A DNA stretch of 57,379 nucleotides, counting the filler, from Sphacelaria rigidula (taxonomy: Eukaryota), in NCBI GenBank assembly GCA_964200075.2. It is 4 parts of 4 records of this genome, joined end to end, with 100 filler letters (N's around TTAATTAATTAA, not from the genome) between each part and the next. Parts side by side here need not be neighbours in the genome. Positions count along the whole stretch, not along the records: positions 14,373 to 28,642 come from CAXNAA020002345.1; positions 28,743 to 43,012 come from CAXNAA020002346.1; 2 more parts are not named here. One strand, written 5' to 3'. Position numbers and translations under genes: made by a program. Below the pieces are notes generated by a model, which was not told where the DNA came from, ran no database searches, and saw only the letters and a list, made by a program, of their open reading frames with translations. Below are positions 25,992 through 37,484 of this stretch, piece by piece; position 1 is the first letter of the stretch, and every line of letters starts with the position of its first letter.

Positions 25992-26788
25992 GGTGCACTT
26001 TCCACGCGCCGCCAACCTATGTCAAAACAAGCCCCGGCCCGAGAACGATAGGCGAAGAAATGAAGTGCGCTTGAAGCACTGCAACCGCCTTGAGAACCAA
26101 ACACAGCGCACACTACATGTGCCTACGGCATGGCTGCAGTGGGCACGAGAACCCCTGCCTCGCGCGCCGTTCATGAACGCCGGGTTGACTTCGCCGCGAT
26201 GGTGCTGTCATCGGACAGGCAGCAAAATACGCTGCTCTGCCGCAGTGCGCTGCAATGGCACTACTGCCTGAAGTACAGTACAGTACAGTACAGCAACAAA
26301 TTGTGCTCTAGATGACACTCTATCGCAGCGCTTCACTGTACTGTCCTCAAGCTGTTCGGGTATTTGATGCGAACGCGGTGGATCTTCGTTTTTGTTTTTG
26401 ACAGAGTTGGCCCCAGATGCGGAAAATCTTCGGCAGATCATGACGATAGATGTCGAGATACACACAGTGTCCATGACTCGATGCGGAACGATATTTGTCT
26501 GCGCTACTATATTTGTAACTCCAGATTTACGCGTCCTGTGAGTAGCGAGGGAAAGTACAAATGAAGACCAAAGTAGTTCAAACATATCCATGTTTGATCT
26601 TATTGAAAAATGGCACATAGTTATTTTTATTCTACTACATTATGTTATGCGCTGATGATTTTGTTGTGGTCAAAAGTACCGCGGGTCTAAAAACTTGTCG
26701 TGAAAAGCGACCCCAACTATCTAGCAATATTTCAGAACAGTTCCAAACGTGCGGGCCATCATCACCACTATCGTGAAAGGGTGGAAAG

Positions 26789-27662
26789 ATGGCACGAGCG
26801 AAAGCGAAGGATGAGATGAGCGGACAGGCAGAGAACGGAGAAGGAGGAGATATCGAGGAACGCAAGCGTGTACTTCGCCACGCTAGCTCTCTCAACCGCG
26901 CTGATGTGATCAAAAAGGTCGTTCACCGCTCGCCGCAAGCACAGGTGAGAGAGACACCAGTATTCAGTGTTCCCATCTATCAAGCGCTCGTATCACAGGC
27001 TTCGTCTATTCTGCGCTGCATGTGTTCCGTATTTCGTTCCACGGTAGTAGTGTGCTGTGCTCGAAGCCACGGAAAATGTGTGCCGCAACATGTTTTCGAA
27101 CGTATATGTTACTCGACCTGTCCGTCGCACCCTCATCAGATTTTTAGCGGAAAATCTCAAGGTACTCTCACTGACTCTTTTACCATGTAGTACCGTCGTT
27201 CAGGGGTTGATACTTGTGACGAGAGCTGGCGAGTTCCACCACGAGTGCATGATCCCATCTGTTCTGCCTTGGAGCTGCGGTCCAGCACCGACTGACCCTG
27301 TAGTAGCGATACTGTTACCCCTGGCCATGTCCCGCCAGTACGCTCTCGGTTACAGTCGGCTTGGGAGTTTCAGCTCAGGTTTGACTTGTTTATATCGCGA
27401 TGAACCAATGATGAAGAGCGGGTGGTGTGTTCGAAAGTACCGCATTTGCTCCACCCTGGCGCGCGTTGTGCGGTGTGCGTAACGCGTGCCCCATATATCG
27501 CGTCGGTAATACACACGGCAGGCGGCGGTCGATGACGGCTCTCCAGCTTCTCAAAGTAGTACGAGCGGGGGAGCCGATGATGTGGAGCTGGAGGTGCTGA
27601 ATCATGTGGATGAGGACGGGCTAACAGCGCTGCACCACGCCGTCAGGAAGTCTTCCCTCGAT
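26789..27662 (+). CDS. Ankyrin-repeat protein, 5' two exons (partial)
   Basis: Exons 26789-26944 (CAG|GTGAGA) and 27522-27662. The second exon encodes VLNHVDEDGLTALHHAVRKSSLD, matching the ankyrin consensus D..G.T.LH.A. The contig ends at 28642. Confidence 0.75.
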
Positions 27663-28124
27663 GTGGGTATTTTGTATTCTTGGCCTCCTGCAGACAGTAG
27701 AGTATCGACAGCACAGTACAGTATCAGCACTGCAGTGTCGTTATTCTCCTTGAAATCAGGACTGAGAGACGTGATTTCGGAATGATTTTTTCAGATCGCG
27801 TTTGAGATTTTTTCTGCGCAGAATGAACTGAAATTAACATCAAAAGTCCAGCATGCCGTCTTTTTCTCCCCTGGTGCACATGCACGTCGTCACCACACTA
27901 CATATGACGGGCACGAATACTACAGTGACAGTAGACAGTAGCCGAGCTATAGCTTTGGGCGTATATCTATGGTTGACAGCATGACTACTTGATTTTGTAG
28001 CAAGTTTTGAGAAAAATTATGGTTCGGGGCAGGTGAGCAGTGAACCTAGCTCGTCCAGAACGTGTCTACAGGTCGCCTCGAAAAATAGTACAAGCTGCGG
28101 ACGGGCACGAGGATCGCAGGCCCT

Positions 28125-28152
28125 TCGTCGTCGTCGTCGTCGTCGTCGTCGT
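28125..28152 (+). repeat. (TCG)n microsatellite
   Basis: TCGTCGTCG... run seen directly. Confidence 0.85.
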
Positions 28153-28642
28153 TATCGCTGTTTGGTTCACAATTTAACACCGTACCGATGTCTTGGTACT
28201 ACCTTCTAACTTTCGTGCTGTACTGGGCATCTGACCTGGACGCCTTCCGTGGTCATGGGCCAACTATTATAGCAAAAATATGTATATGTATAGTAATTGA
28301 AAAAAAGAAGGAACCAGAAAAATCAATAATGACGCGATGTAATGAGAGAAAGTACTATAATATCTCCAGAAGCTCCGGTGCCGCAGGCAACCGTTCGAAC
28401 TGAAGGAGATATAGTCCACCCCCCTCCCCCCCTCGGCACGCGAAGCCAAGCACAAATAAATCCGAGATCAATTACCAAAGTTCACCACGTCGAGGGAAGG
28501 GTGAAATTGGGTGTAATGGAAGGGCGGAATTCGCAAGAAAAAATACATTGGGGGGGGGGGGGGGGTATTCCTCCCACCCCCGCCATTTTCAGCCCGATAT
28601 ATATCTGAATACACAATCTAACATCTTCCTCCTGCCTCCCTC

Positions 28643-28742
28643 NNNNNNNNNNNNNNNNNNNNNNNNNNNNNNNNNNNNNNNNNNNNTTAATTAATTAANN
28701 NNNNNNNNNNNNNNNNNNNNNNNNNNNNNNNNNNNNNNNNNN
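28643..28742. other. Artificial contig linker
   Basis: 44 N + TTAATTAATTAA (28687-28698) + 44 N. Confidence 0.97.
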
Positions 28743-29014
28743 AGCGCGAAGCGCCGTGGTGTGTTCGGCGAGTCGCATGTAGGGTGAGCTGCATCCTGCT
28801 AACATTGTTCGACCCGAAGCGTACTGATTATCTTGCATTTGGGTGATAGCCTGCAACGAGTTGCTTCATTTCGTGGTATTGTCACGTCCAGAGGAAGCCA
28901 CGGGTTACACACTGTATTGCGTTTTGCCGCGAGCTTTGCCTTCATATCTGGTGGCTCCGTCCGATTTCTCTCTTTTGTTTTCGTCCTTCACTTTCGACCC
29001 GACAAACCGCGCAG

Positions 29015-31354
29015 TGCCCATCGAGGAGTATAAAGATAACCTGAAGTCGATGGTGACACACGTGCGCCAAGTGCACCCGGAGTCGAAGGTCTTGCTCATC
29101 GCGCCGCCAACCATTCATGAGGTATTTGATTTTTTATTTTGTTCGGATTGAATAATGTATTATGTTTATTATTGCTGATACGCTACGAGTCCTGCCATGG
29201 TCACGAGATACAGTCTATGCGCACTACCCAACGTACGATGGAGCAGAAAGGTTTGTTGGAGGGGATTTAAGTGGGAGGGGGAATAAATACAGAGCGGCGA
29301 GGTGAAGAGGCGATTAACTGTTGAAAGAAAAAAAAAGGTATACCGATTCATCAAAGTGTGGTATTGATTGACTCGTCAGCGTATACGTAGTACGTTTCTG
29401 ATGCAACAACGCCTACTTTGTTGTCTGCTGATGTTTCTCGTGATGGTGAACTTGTCACCTTTTGCTACCGTCAACTGGTTTAGCACGCCCGCCAGCGCAC
29501 CGTTCGTTTGTTTTTCTTTGATATGTTTTTGTCTTTTTTATGTTGTCGTTGGCACGTCAAAACCAACGCGAAGTCGGAATCGTCGTCCCTTGCAGGTCGT
29601 GCGCCACAGCTGAACTCGCTCTTCACGATTCGTCTCCTCTTGGCTGAATTCGGAGGGGTTTCGCAAGATCCCACTCTGAGAAGAATAACGCTTGTACGAG
29701 CGGTGTGTTGCTTGCTGGCCTGTATGAGTAGTAGCGCTTGCTCGGCAGCGGTAGGCACCAGGGATGTCTTGTTCGCTGCGCTGTTTTCGAGTCGTGCTTT
29801 TCTCCACTTTATCGTCATTAGCTGTTGGTGCTCATGTAACTCTGCTCTTCTCATGACTATGTTCGCGTTTTTCGTGATGTTGTCGTTATTGTCCTAGTAG
29901 GCGAGACCACATGGACCATATTCGATACATACTTGATATACAGCCCCATTCCCCATCCACGAATGGACAGCTCTGCACAATTCTGCATTTCCTTTGAGGG
30001 GCCAATATTCGTTGGAACGTCGCGCGAAGTCTCCAACAAGTCTCACGAGAGAGAAGGGGAAGGGGGAAGGGGGCGGGGTGGGGGGGGGGGGGGGGGGGGG
30101 GGGGGAGNNNNNNNNNNGGGGGGGGCGGGGAGAAGATGCGGGAGGCGGGAGGGGGGGGGGGGGGGGTGTGGGTGGGGGGGGGGGGGGGGGGGGGGGGGAT
30201 GCAGAGAGCATCTGATATCCTATGATAACTCACTCCCGCCCTTGTGCCGTTTTGGAACCGTGGGTCACATGCCCCAAGTACTCTTGTCTCACTCCATATC
30301 TTCGCCTATTGGTGGCGAATATTTTGTGATTCATCATGGGGGGGTATTCGTTCATCAGTATCAAGTCACGGGGCATTCGCATCGGCGTACATCAATCCAC
30401 TAGAAGAATGATTTTGAAGCCAAGGGGCTCTCAATAGATTCGACCCTTGTCGGTTTTGTTGCTTGTGAAGCTCGATGTATGCTTTGGCTGGATGGGTGGA
30501 TTTTGTGCGCGTGTGTGTATGTGTTGTGAACTCACAGGCGAAGTGGGCGAATCATAGGGGTCTACAGCAGCGGGAGATGGACCGCAAGCTTGAGGTCACC
30601 ATGTCCTACGCTATGGCTTGTGTAGAGGTGCGAACTAGCCAAACCAAATACCCCCTGCATGTTGCGACGGGCTGTTGTTGTGAACTGCTACGGGGGCGAC
30701 CGAAGTTACAGCAATATTGTGACTTGAAGGTGTTTGGTGTTGCTGCGTGGTGTTGTGGGTCATCCTGATTGCCGTGGGTGCACTGCGCCGTAAATGGTCA
30801 AACGCATTATCTATGTTTTGAACTTACTTTTATGTGTCTGTCTGCGCCGCCTCGTTGGTTGCGAGGTGAAAAAAGACGAAGGGTGCAAAAATCGCGCGGA
30901 AATTGTGATAGGCTACGCTAATAGTCCCCGACGATGTACATTTTGTAAATGACGAGGCATTCTTCGCTAGGAACCGCTTTGCCCGATTTTGCGGCCGAGG
31001 TGAACCTCTAGAACAACGTACCGTGCTATCAGCCTATGTTTACCTTTATCATCTGTGACAGCAGCCGCGAATACAAATATTGCCTAGGTGGCCACGGATC
31101 TGTCAGTACCAGTGGTCAACACGTATAGCGCCATGGGCTCCGGAGATCAGCAATTGGCGGACAAGTATCTGCACGACGGTGTGCACTTTACGGCCGACGG
31201 TAACCGAGCGTTGTTCAGTGCTGTACAGTCGGCCATCATCCAGGAGTTTCCGGAATTGGATCCGGATGCGGGAGCGGCCGGGTTGATGCAGGCCCCGTAC
31301 TGGGGAGACGTGAATGCTGCTGACCCTGTTCAAAGCGTACTTCGCGATTTGTAG
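29015..31354 (+). CDS. SGNH/GDSL hydrolase, IAH1-like (isoamyl acetate-hydrolysing esterase), 3' three exons
   Basis: Exons 29015-29121, 30538-30627 and 31088-31354 give VPIEEYKDNLKSMV...KVLLIAPPTIHE / ...YAMACVE / VATDLSVPVVN...YLHDGVHFTADGNRALF...PYWGDV. The catalytic DxxH (DGVH) block V and the IAH1-type C-terminus are present. The 5' exons with GDS lie outside the contig. Confidence 0.9.
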
Positions 31355-33119
31355 GCGATGACCAAATCGTCTGTTGCTTCAAGACGTGGTGGCTACAACC
31401 GCTCTGCGGTTACGCCACGCATAGATTGATCGTCCGAAAATATGATGGTTTCGTAGGAATGTTCCACGATGACACAGGTGGGCCTCTTTGGTCGGGACAA
31501 GGGGATCTGGATCATGGAGCGAAAAGAACCGACGTTCTAATGACGTTTATCAAACCGGGTTGAATTCCGCGAGTTACTACATAGTTTTTGGTGAGTGTTA
31601 TTTAGTGGCGGGTGTGACGTGTTATGTTGTGTTGTTCTGTGTTGTAGTGTGACAAAATGTGATGAGGGTTGATAGCCACCCACCACAGATTTACGGGGGG
31701 TGATGAAGGATATGGCCAAAAACAAACAAAATGTGGGCACATTTTTTAATTTTTCACGATGATGCTAATGTCACATCGATGAGATGATCGCAGCAGACGC
31801 CTCCCTATTTTTGCCGCACACGTCCAATCCATGTCTTACTTCGATAAGACACCTTCCAGGAATGCTGTGCTTTATGCTCGTGTACGGGTTTTCCAGCGCC
31901 TCATTTGGTTCCGGTCCAACGAGCACTGACAGCCCTACGCGAACATCTGGGGGGAAAGCATACACGAACATTGAGGGAGATAGCAAGTGCACTTGTTCCG
32001 GGTGGCTGGTTGTATCTTGATTCGGACCGGTGGTTAGCGTAGTGTTCCCGCAGATCCCTTGAGATATTCTCTCGTTGTTTTCGTGGAGCGTTGGGACGGG
32101 GAGACGAGCAGGAGTATTGTGTGGAATGTTGAGTAAGTCATGTCTGGTGATGCGGAGCGGAGTTGTTTCTGTACGTGTTGACGGGCGGTGCATACATTAT
32201 TAAAAACAGAGGTGTGATTTGCATGTGGCGTTGATGTACATCAGCCACCTCTTGTTGACATGCTTTTCACTTTTGATGGGAAAAATTTGACAGCTGCCGT
32301 TCGGGATGTATTACAATTAGTGGCGACTCGGCAAATCGGTATTTCATGTCGTTTCAGGTATAGCCGGGGAGAAGTAGCCGGTTTGATTTCGTGAAAGAAT
32401 ATGAAAGCAAGGGCAGGGTCCCGGATCATCTTGTCCCGACACGGAGACGAGGAGATAACGGCGAGAGTGAACACCCTGCGCTTTGCCTGCGGTGTTGACA
32501 ATGAAAGCACAACTCAGGTCGGGACTCGAATGCAAATCTTTATTGGAGTATGTCATGCATGATAGCCTCGATAATCTCTTCCCCCAACAACTTCTTGCCA
32601 GGGAGAAATAACTTTCAGCGTCTGTTCGGGCAGCACGTAGCAGAAATAATCACGCCCTGCAGAGTAAACCACCCATTCGCATGTTTCGGCTGGTGAATAG
32701 AACACGAAGGTACAGAAGACGACGACGATCGTTTTGCCCCAGGGCGCCATAGCTCTGTGACGCTCGCATTGTTGGGGGTGAACACACGACCAAGCAAGGC
32801 GTCCAGGAAACAGTACACTCTTGACTCGTTCGTCAGCAGCCGTTGTGTAGATATGGATAGTCTGGCCGCATGTGTCACACCACGTTGAGATCTGTATTAT
32901 TCCTGGCGTGGCAGACGGTGGATATTGATGGCACGTGAGAAGGGGAAAGGCCATCATGAGTTCTCGCGGGCTGGCGGTGCGAATGTTTGTGTACCTCTTT
33001 TTTTGCGCCTGTCTTTCGCGTGTGTTGGGCTGCCGAGCCAACAAACTCCGCACAAGACTTCTGGTGAATGTGCAAACCCCGCTTTGCTAGTTAGGGTCGT
33101 TATTGACGGGGCTTTTTTT

Positions 33120-34282
33120 CAGGGCTCTGTACGTTTCACGTTACACGTCACAAACGTACGTCACAAGGGTGTGACGAAACGCAACGTATGTTTTCGAATA
33201 CGTCGCACATGTGACGTTACGTTACTTACCGGTGAAAAAATGTGACGTGACGTAACATTTAATTTTTCCATACGTTACAAATGTGACGTGACGTGGCGAA
33301 AAAAAATTCAACGTCACATTAACGTATTTTGAAACGTTCCCTGTAACGTGCAACGTATTTTATACGTTACACGTCACAAAAAACCGCCGTCACAGTATTA
33401 CACGTTGGTCACGTGCAACGTGTTTTGGAACGCTATTGTGACGTGTAACGAATAATATACGTTACGTTTGTGACGTGTAACGTAAAATGAAACGCTAAAC
33501 TTCGACTCTGTGAGGGCGAATGAGGGCTACGTACGGCGTTGTAAGGTTTCATGTACCACAACTTGGTACGGAAGGTTCGCGGCGACGTTTACCTTCTTCC
33601 GCTCGAGATTTTCGAGCGTGAACTTGTCGGAAGCAGGGAAGTCCAAAGCTCCGTCTGCTGCACGACCCTCTCCTGCAGCACCCTCTCTCTCTGCGGTGCA
33701 AGTGAAACCCTGGGCCGCGCTCATTGTTACCTTACACGTCGCTCCCGCCCCGTCTGCGCTACCGAAGGTGGAAATTTGAAATTCGGAAATTCGAAACTCA
33801 TGCTTTCGCATTCCGATATTCGCCTGTTCTGTGTTCCATGGTTGGGTGTGGTGTGGCGGTGCATGCTGCCTTGGCGCTGAACTTGCGCTTACATCGCGTG
33901 CGTATTATGATGACGTATGCACACTCGACTTGAACCTATGTATCATATCACTCGAGTATCACATACGCCAATCTCACACTAATTGCGGTACAAGTTGAGC
34001 GTGTGACAGTTGTGACGTTCATTCAGACGCCACAAACGTAAAATCATGTGACGTGCAACGTTTCTTGTGACGTGTAACCTATAAAACACGTTACACGTTA
34101 CAGGAAACGTTTCAAAATACGGTATTGTGACGTAACGTAACATATAACTTTTTAATACGTCATAAGTGTGACGTAACGTAACGTATTTTTCAAACGTCAC
34201 AAAGTGTGACGTGACATAACGTATTACTTTTCATACCTCACATTTGTGACGAAACGTGTAACGTGTAACGTAAAGAGACCTG
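33120..34282. mobile_element. Non-autonomous hAT-like element with ACGT-rich subterminal arrays
   Basis: TIRs CAGGGCTCTGTACGTTTCACGTTACACGT and (reverse complement) CAGGTCTCTTTACGTTACACGTTACACGT. Flanks cttttttt and tctttttt form an imperfect 8-bp TSD. Each side has ~300-380 bp of GTGACGT/GTAACGT repeats. Confidence 0.75.
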
Positions 34283-34835
34283 TCTTTTTTGGACTGTTCC
34301 GGCGTTTTTGAGAAATATCCCGACTTCCAGAAGAATGGGGAATATACACAAAAAGGTATACCCTCATGTGTTTCTGACCAAAAAGGGTACCGTACTTTTC
34401 GGATTGGGGCGCGGCGCTGCACGCTGGCTGCACACCTTGACACGTTCCAGCGCCTCCGCCCCACGCCCAAGGTGCATGGGCAGCATGCTTGGTCACTTTT
34501 TCAATACGTTGGATTAGGCCTGAATACGACGCGGAAAAAGAGAGCGCGTTGAAGTACGCCATTTGTGTCGACAAACCAGGGGTATACCCGAATATGCAAG
34601 AAAATATCATACCATTTTTTGTTCATGTGTGTACCCTTCTATGCTCACGTGCGTACCCATTTACGTGAAGTGGTGACAGTACCGCGGGCTCCGCAGAAGA
34701 TATACGCCGAAGAGTCACAACCGTACCCATTGTTTTTGTGCAATTTCACTTCGCCGAAAAGGGAGACTTCCAACAACCAAGAAATTGTGCCCTCCAGGTG
34801 GTTGGCCCGCAGACCCGGAAGATCCGACGATGCAC

Positions 34836-35171
34836 CGAGTAAACTCAACCTGAGTTGGGCTACAATCTACTCAGAATTGGTATTACTTGATGTGAGTTCG
34901 CATCAATGAGAGTCGGATCTTTATAGTGGGATTTGACAGTCCTGTGTGCCCGTAGCGTGCGCAGAACGCGATTTTGTCCAAATCGGCGCCACGCCTGATT
35001 TGAGGTCTACCAACGCCACTCTTTGCCTAGGGGAACCTATGCTCCTCCCTTCCTCGAGAGTTCTCGGTATGCCTTGGGTTAGGGTTAGGGTTAGGGTTGG
35101 GATTAGAGAATATAATTATATGTAATGTGTCAACCATGAATAATGAAACCTAACTCCGGTTAAGCCATCTC
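34836..35171. mobile_element. Nested insertion with imperfect TIRs containing (TTAGGG)n
   Basis: Interrupts the left foldback arm. Ends are GAGTAAACTCAACCTGAGTTGGG and (reverse complement) GAGATGGCTTAACCGGAGTTAGG. TTGGG(TTAGGG)3TTGGG lies at ~35074-35101. Confidence 0.55.
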
Positions 35172-35433
35172 ATGCGTCCAGGGCGCGAATGGTGGTGTGC
35201 TGGTCATGACAAAGGTCCAAGGAATAGTTGTGAAAAGTCTTTTTGCCGGCACGCACACGCCCGAACGGCATCATCATGTGGCGTCACCATGTGGAATATC
35301 AGGCCGTTTACGGGATCTGCTTTTTTTGTCCCGCGATCCGCAAATTGCAGATCCCGCAACCTCTCTGATACTCCACATGGTGACACCACAACATGATGCC
35401 GTTCGGGCGTCCGTATGCCAACAAGACTTTCCT

Positions 35434-35767
35434 CACATACGCCGCCATTTGGCTACCCCCAAAATTCCTCCAGGTGGGTAAACTTTTCGAGCCTCCAGAG
35501 GAAATAAACGCCTCCGGAGGGGTGCGCGGCCCTCCAGCGGAGATGTTTTGGTTCCTCCAGAGGGATTGAAGGCCTCCGGAGGCTTGTTTTTGCCTCTGGA
35601 GGGCCGCGCATACCCCCAAATTCCTCCGGAGGAATGCGCGACCCTCCGGGTCGGTAGTGTTTGGTTTTCTCCAGAGGACTTGAAGGCCTACGGAGGCTTA
35701 TTTTGCCTCTGGAGGGCCGCGCATCCCTCCGGAGGCATTTTGGGGGGTAGCCAAATGGCCGCGTGTG
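35434..35767. mobile_element. Nested MITE with internal CCTCCGGAGG/CCTCCAGAGG repeats
   Basis: TIRs GCCATTTGGCTACCCCCAAAA and TTTTGGGGGGTAGCCAAATGGC. Interrupts the right foldback arm. Two internal ~115-bp direct repeats. Confidence 0.7.
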
Positions 35768-36340
35768 CACATGTTCTTTGGATCTTTGTGATCTCCGGCA
35801 CACAGTATCCGCGCCCTGGATGCATCTACGGATATTCCGGGTCTGCGGGCCAACCAGTAGGAGGGTACACTTTCTTTCACAAAAACAATGGGTACGGTTG
35901 TGACTGTTCAGCGTTCATCTTCTGCGGAGCCCGCGGTACCGTTACCACTTCACATAAAAGGGTATACACGTGAGCATAAAAGGGTACACACGTGAACAAA
36001 AAGGGTATGATATGATTCTTTGCATATTTGGATGTACCCTCCTGGTTGTTTGACAAAAAGGGGTACTCTAACAGGCTCTCCCTTTCCGCGCCGTATTGAG
36101 GCCTAATGCCATGTGTAAAAAAAAGGTCGGGCATGCTGCCAAGGCCTCTTGGGCGTGGGGCGGAGGCGCTGGAACGTGTCTTCGAGGTGTTCAGCCCGCG
36201 GGCAGCGCCGCCCCTCCAACCAAAGAGTGTAGTACCCTTTTTTGTTCCAAAAACATGAGGGTGTACACGTTTGTGAATATCCTCCCAAAAAGACTGAAAG
36301 AAAATTCGACGCTAGATTTCTCGAGTAATAGTCGTCAGCT

Positions 36341-36650
36341 GTTGATTGATTGATTGTCGCGCTTCAACTGACCCCCCAGGGATCCAGCCGTGGTCACATG
36401 TCATGAGTTGTCCTATTCCTTGACATGGCTTAGAAATCGGCCGTCATCGTTTCGGAGAAGAGTTTCCCCACAAAACGCCTGAAAAGTCTAACAAAAAACA
36501 GCCTCATTGATCATGACCCTTACCCACCAGGTTTCTGGTGACTGACCATCAATTTTTTTAATTTGTTTTTCCCGCTCACTTTAGAGAATCTTTTATTTCG
36601 TCGCGTTGGTGAGGGCCGGGATTCGAACCCGGGAGCTTCTGCTGACCCTG
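36341..36650 (-). mobile_element. SINE-like element with B-box and (ATCA)n tail
   Basis: B-box GGTTCGAATCC on - at 36629-36619, and a TTGATTGATTGA tail. The adjacent AACTGACCCCCCAGGG.TCCAGCCGTGGTC segment recurs at ~21518-21549. Confidence 0.5.
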
Positions 36651-37484
36651 AAGCGTATGGGGTAATCTCACTGATGTTGAGAAGACGGTGAGACCTCGAT
36701 GTATATTTGTGAAATGTTACTCCTTCTATGCGGAGGTATCCACGAAGCAATGTTTTTTGCTGGCGTTCCCACGAACGAAAACCAACTTTAATATCCTTAT
36801 AATCTAGCCCCGGCACTCGGAAAGCATGCATCGACCGCCGACTTCGAATGACATCGCTCTATGCTATGAAATCGTCCGGCGCATTCATTCGCTGCTTTGT
36901 AAGCTGGGTCCAGCGGGGCCATAGTATGCCGCACAAAAAGCTGTGCGTTTTTCAGCTGCGCTATCTTTTGCGTACTTCTTGTAGGCGTAGCTTGCGTATC
37001 TCTAGGCAAAGTACGCACGCCATGTCTCCTGCATGCACTCGTGGACATACATATGTACATTCTGTACATTCTTCGGAACTTTCTCGGGCCGTCAAGTTGT
37101 CGCTTCTACTCCGTTAAGTATGGCGTATACTCACCGGAGAAAAAGCAGCTTCTTACAGAGCGACAGAAAATCGCCACCTAACCAACTGCAGTATATATCC
37201 TTGTACTTGCAGTCTTTCCGCAAAGGCACATACCATTCAACAATACAACAACAGCGTAAACACCACACGCACAAATGTGCAGGCACAAATATGTACGTGT
37301 CAATGAAAGGCGAACAAAAACGGAAGCCCTCGCCATGGGATGCTCGAGACGAACGGGAGGACACGAAGACAAAACAAAGGAATCTGAAAAACGAGAAACA
37401 GAAAAATGCATTAAAACAAGAAACAAACAAGCTACGCTGACATGTACTGCCTGCTATTATTGTACATGTTCTTGTCTTCTTATT

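Larger units (their letters stand above)
34337..36286. mobile_element. Foldback/MULE-like element with long diverged inverted arms and two nested insertions
   Basis: The left arm (34337-34835 plus 35172-35320) mirrors the right arm (35345-35433 plus 35768-36286). Example: CACGTTCCAGCGCCTCCGCCCCACGCCCAAG versus CTTGGGCGTGGGGCGGAGGCGCTGGAACGTG. Same family as 52959-54778. Confidence 0.8.

Noticed and set aside
29886..30403. Poly-Pro and poly-Gly ORFs
   Set aside because: They arise from G homopolymers around an internal N gap in an intron. Low-quality sequence.
33120..35767. CRISPR-like or prokaryotic repeat arrays
   Set aside because: The repeats are irregular and degenerate with no unique equal-length spacers, there are no cas genes, and the context is eukaryotic.
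36600..36660. tRNA gene
   Set aside because: Only a T-arm/B-box is recognisable, with no complete cloverleaf. Treated as SINE-derived.
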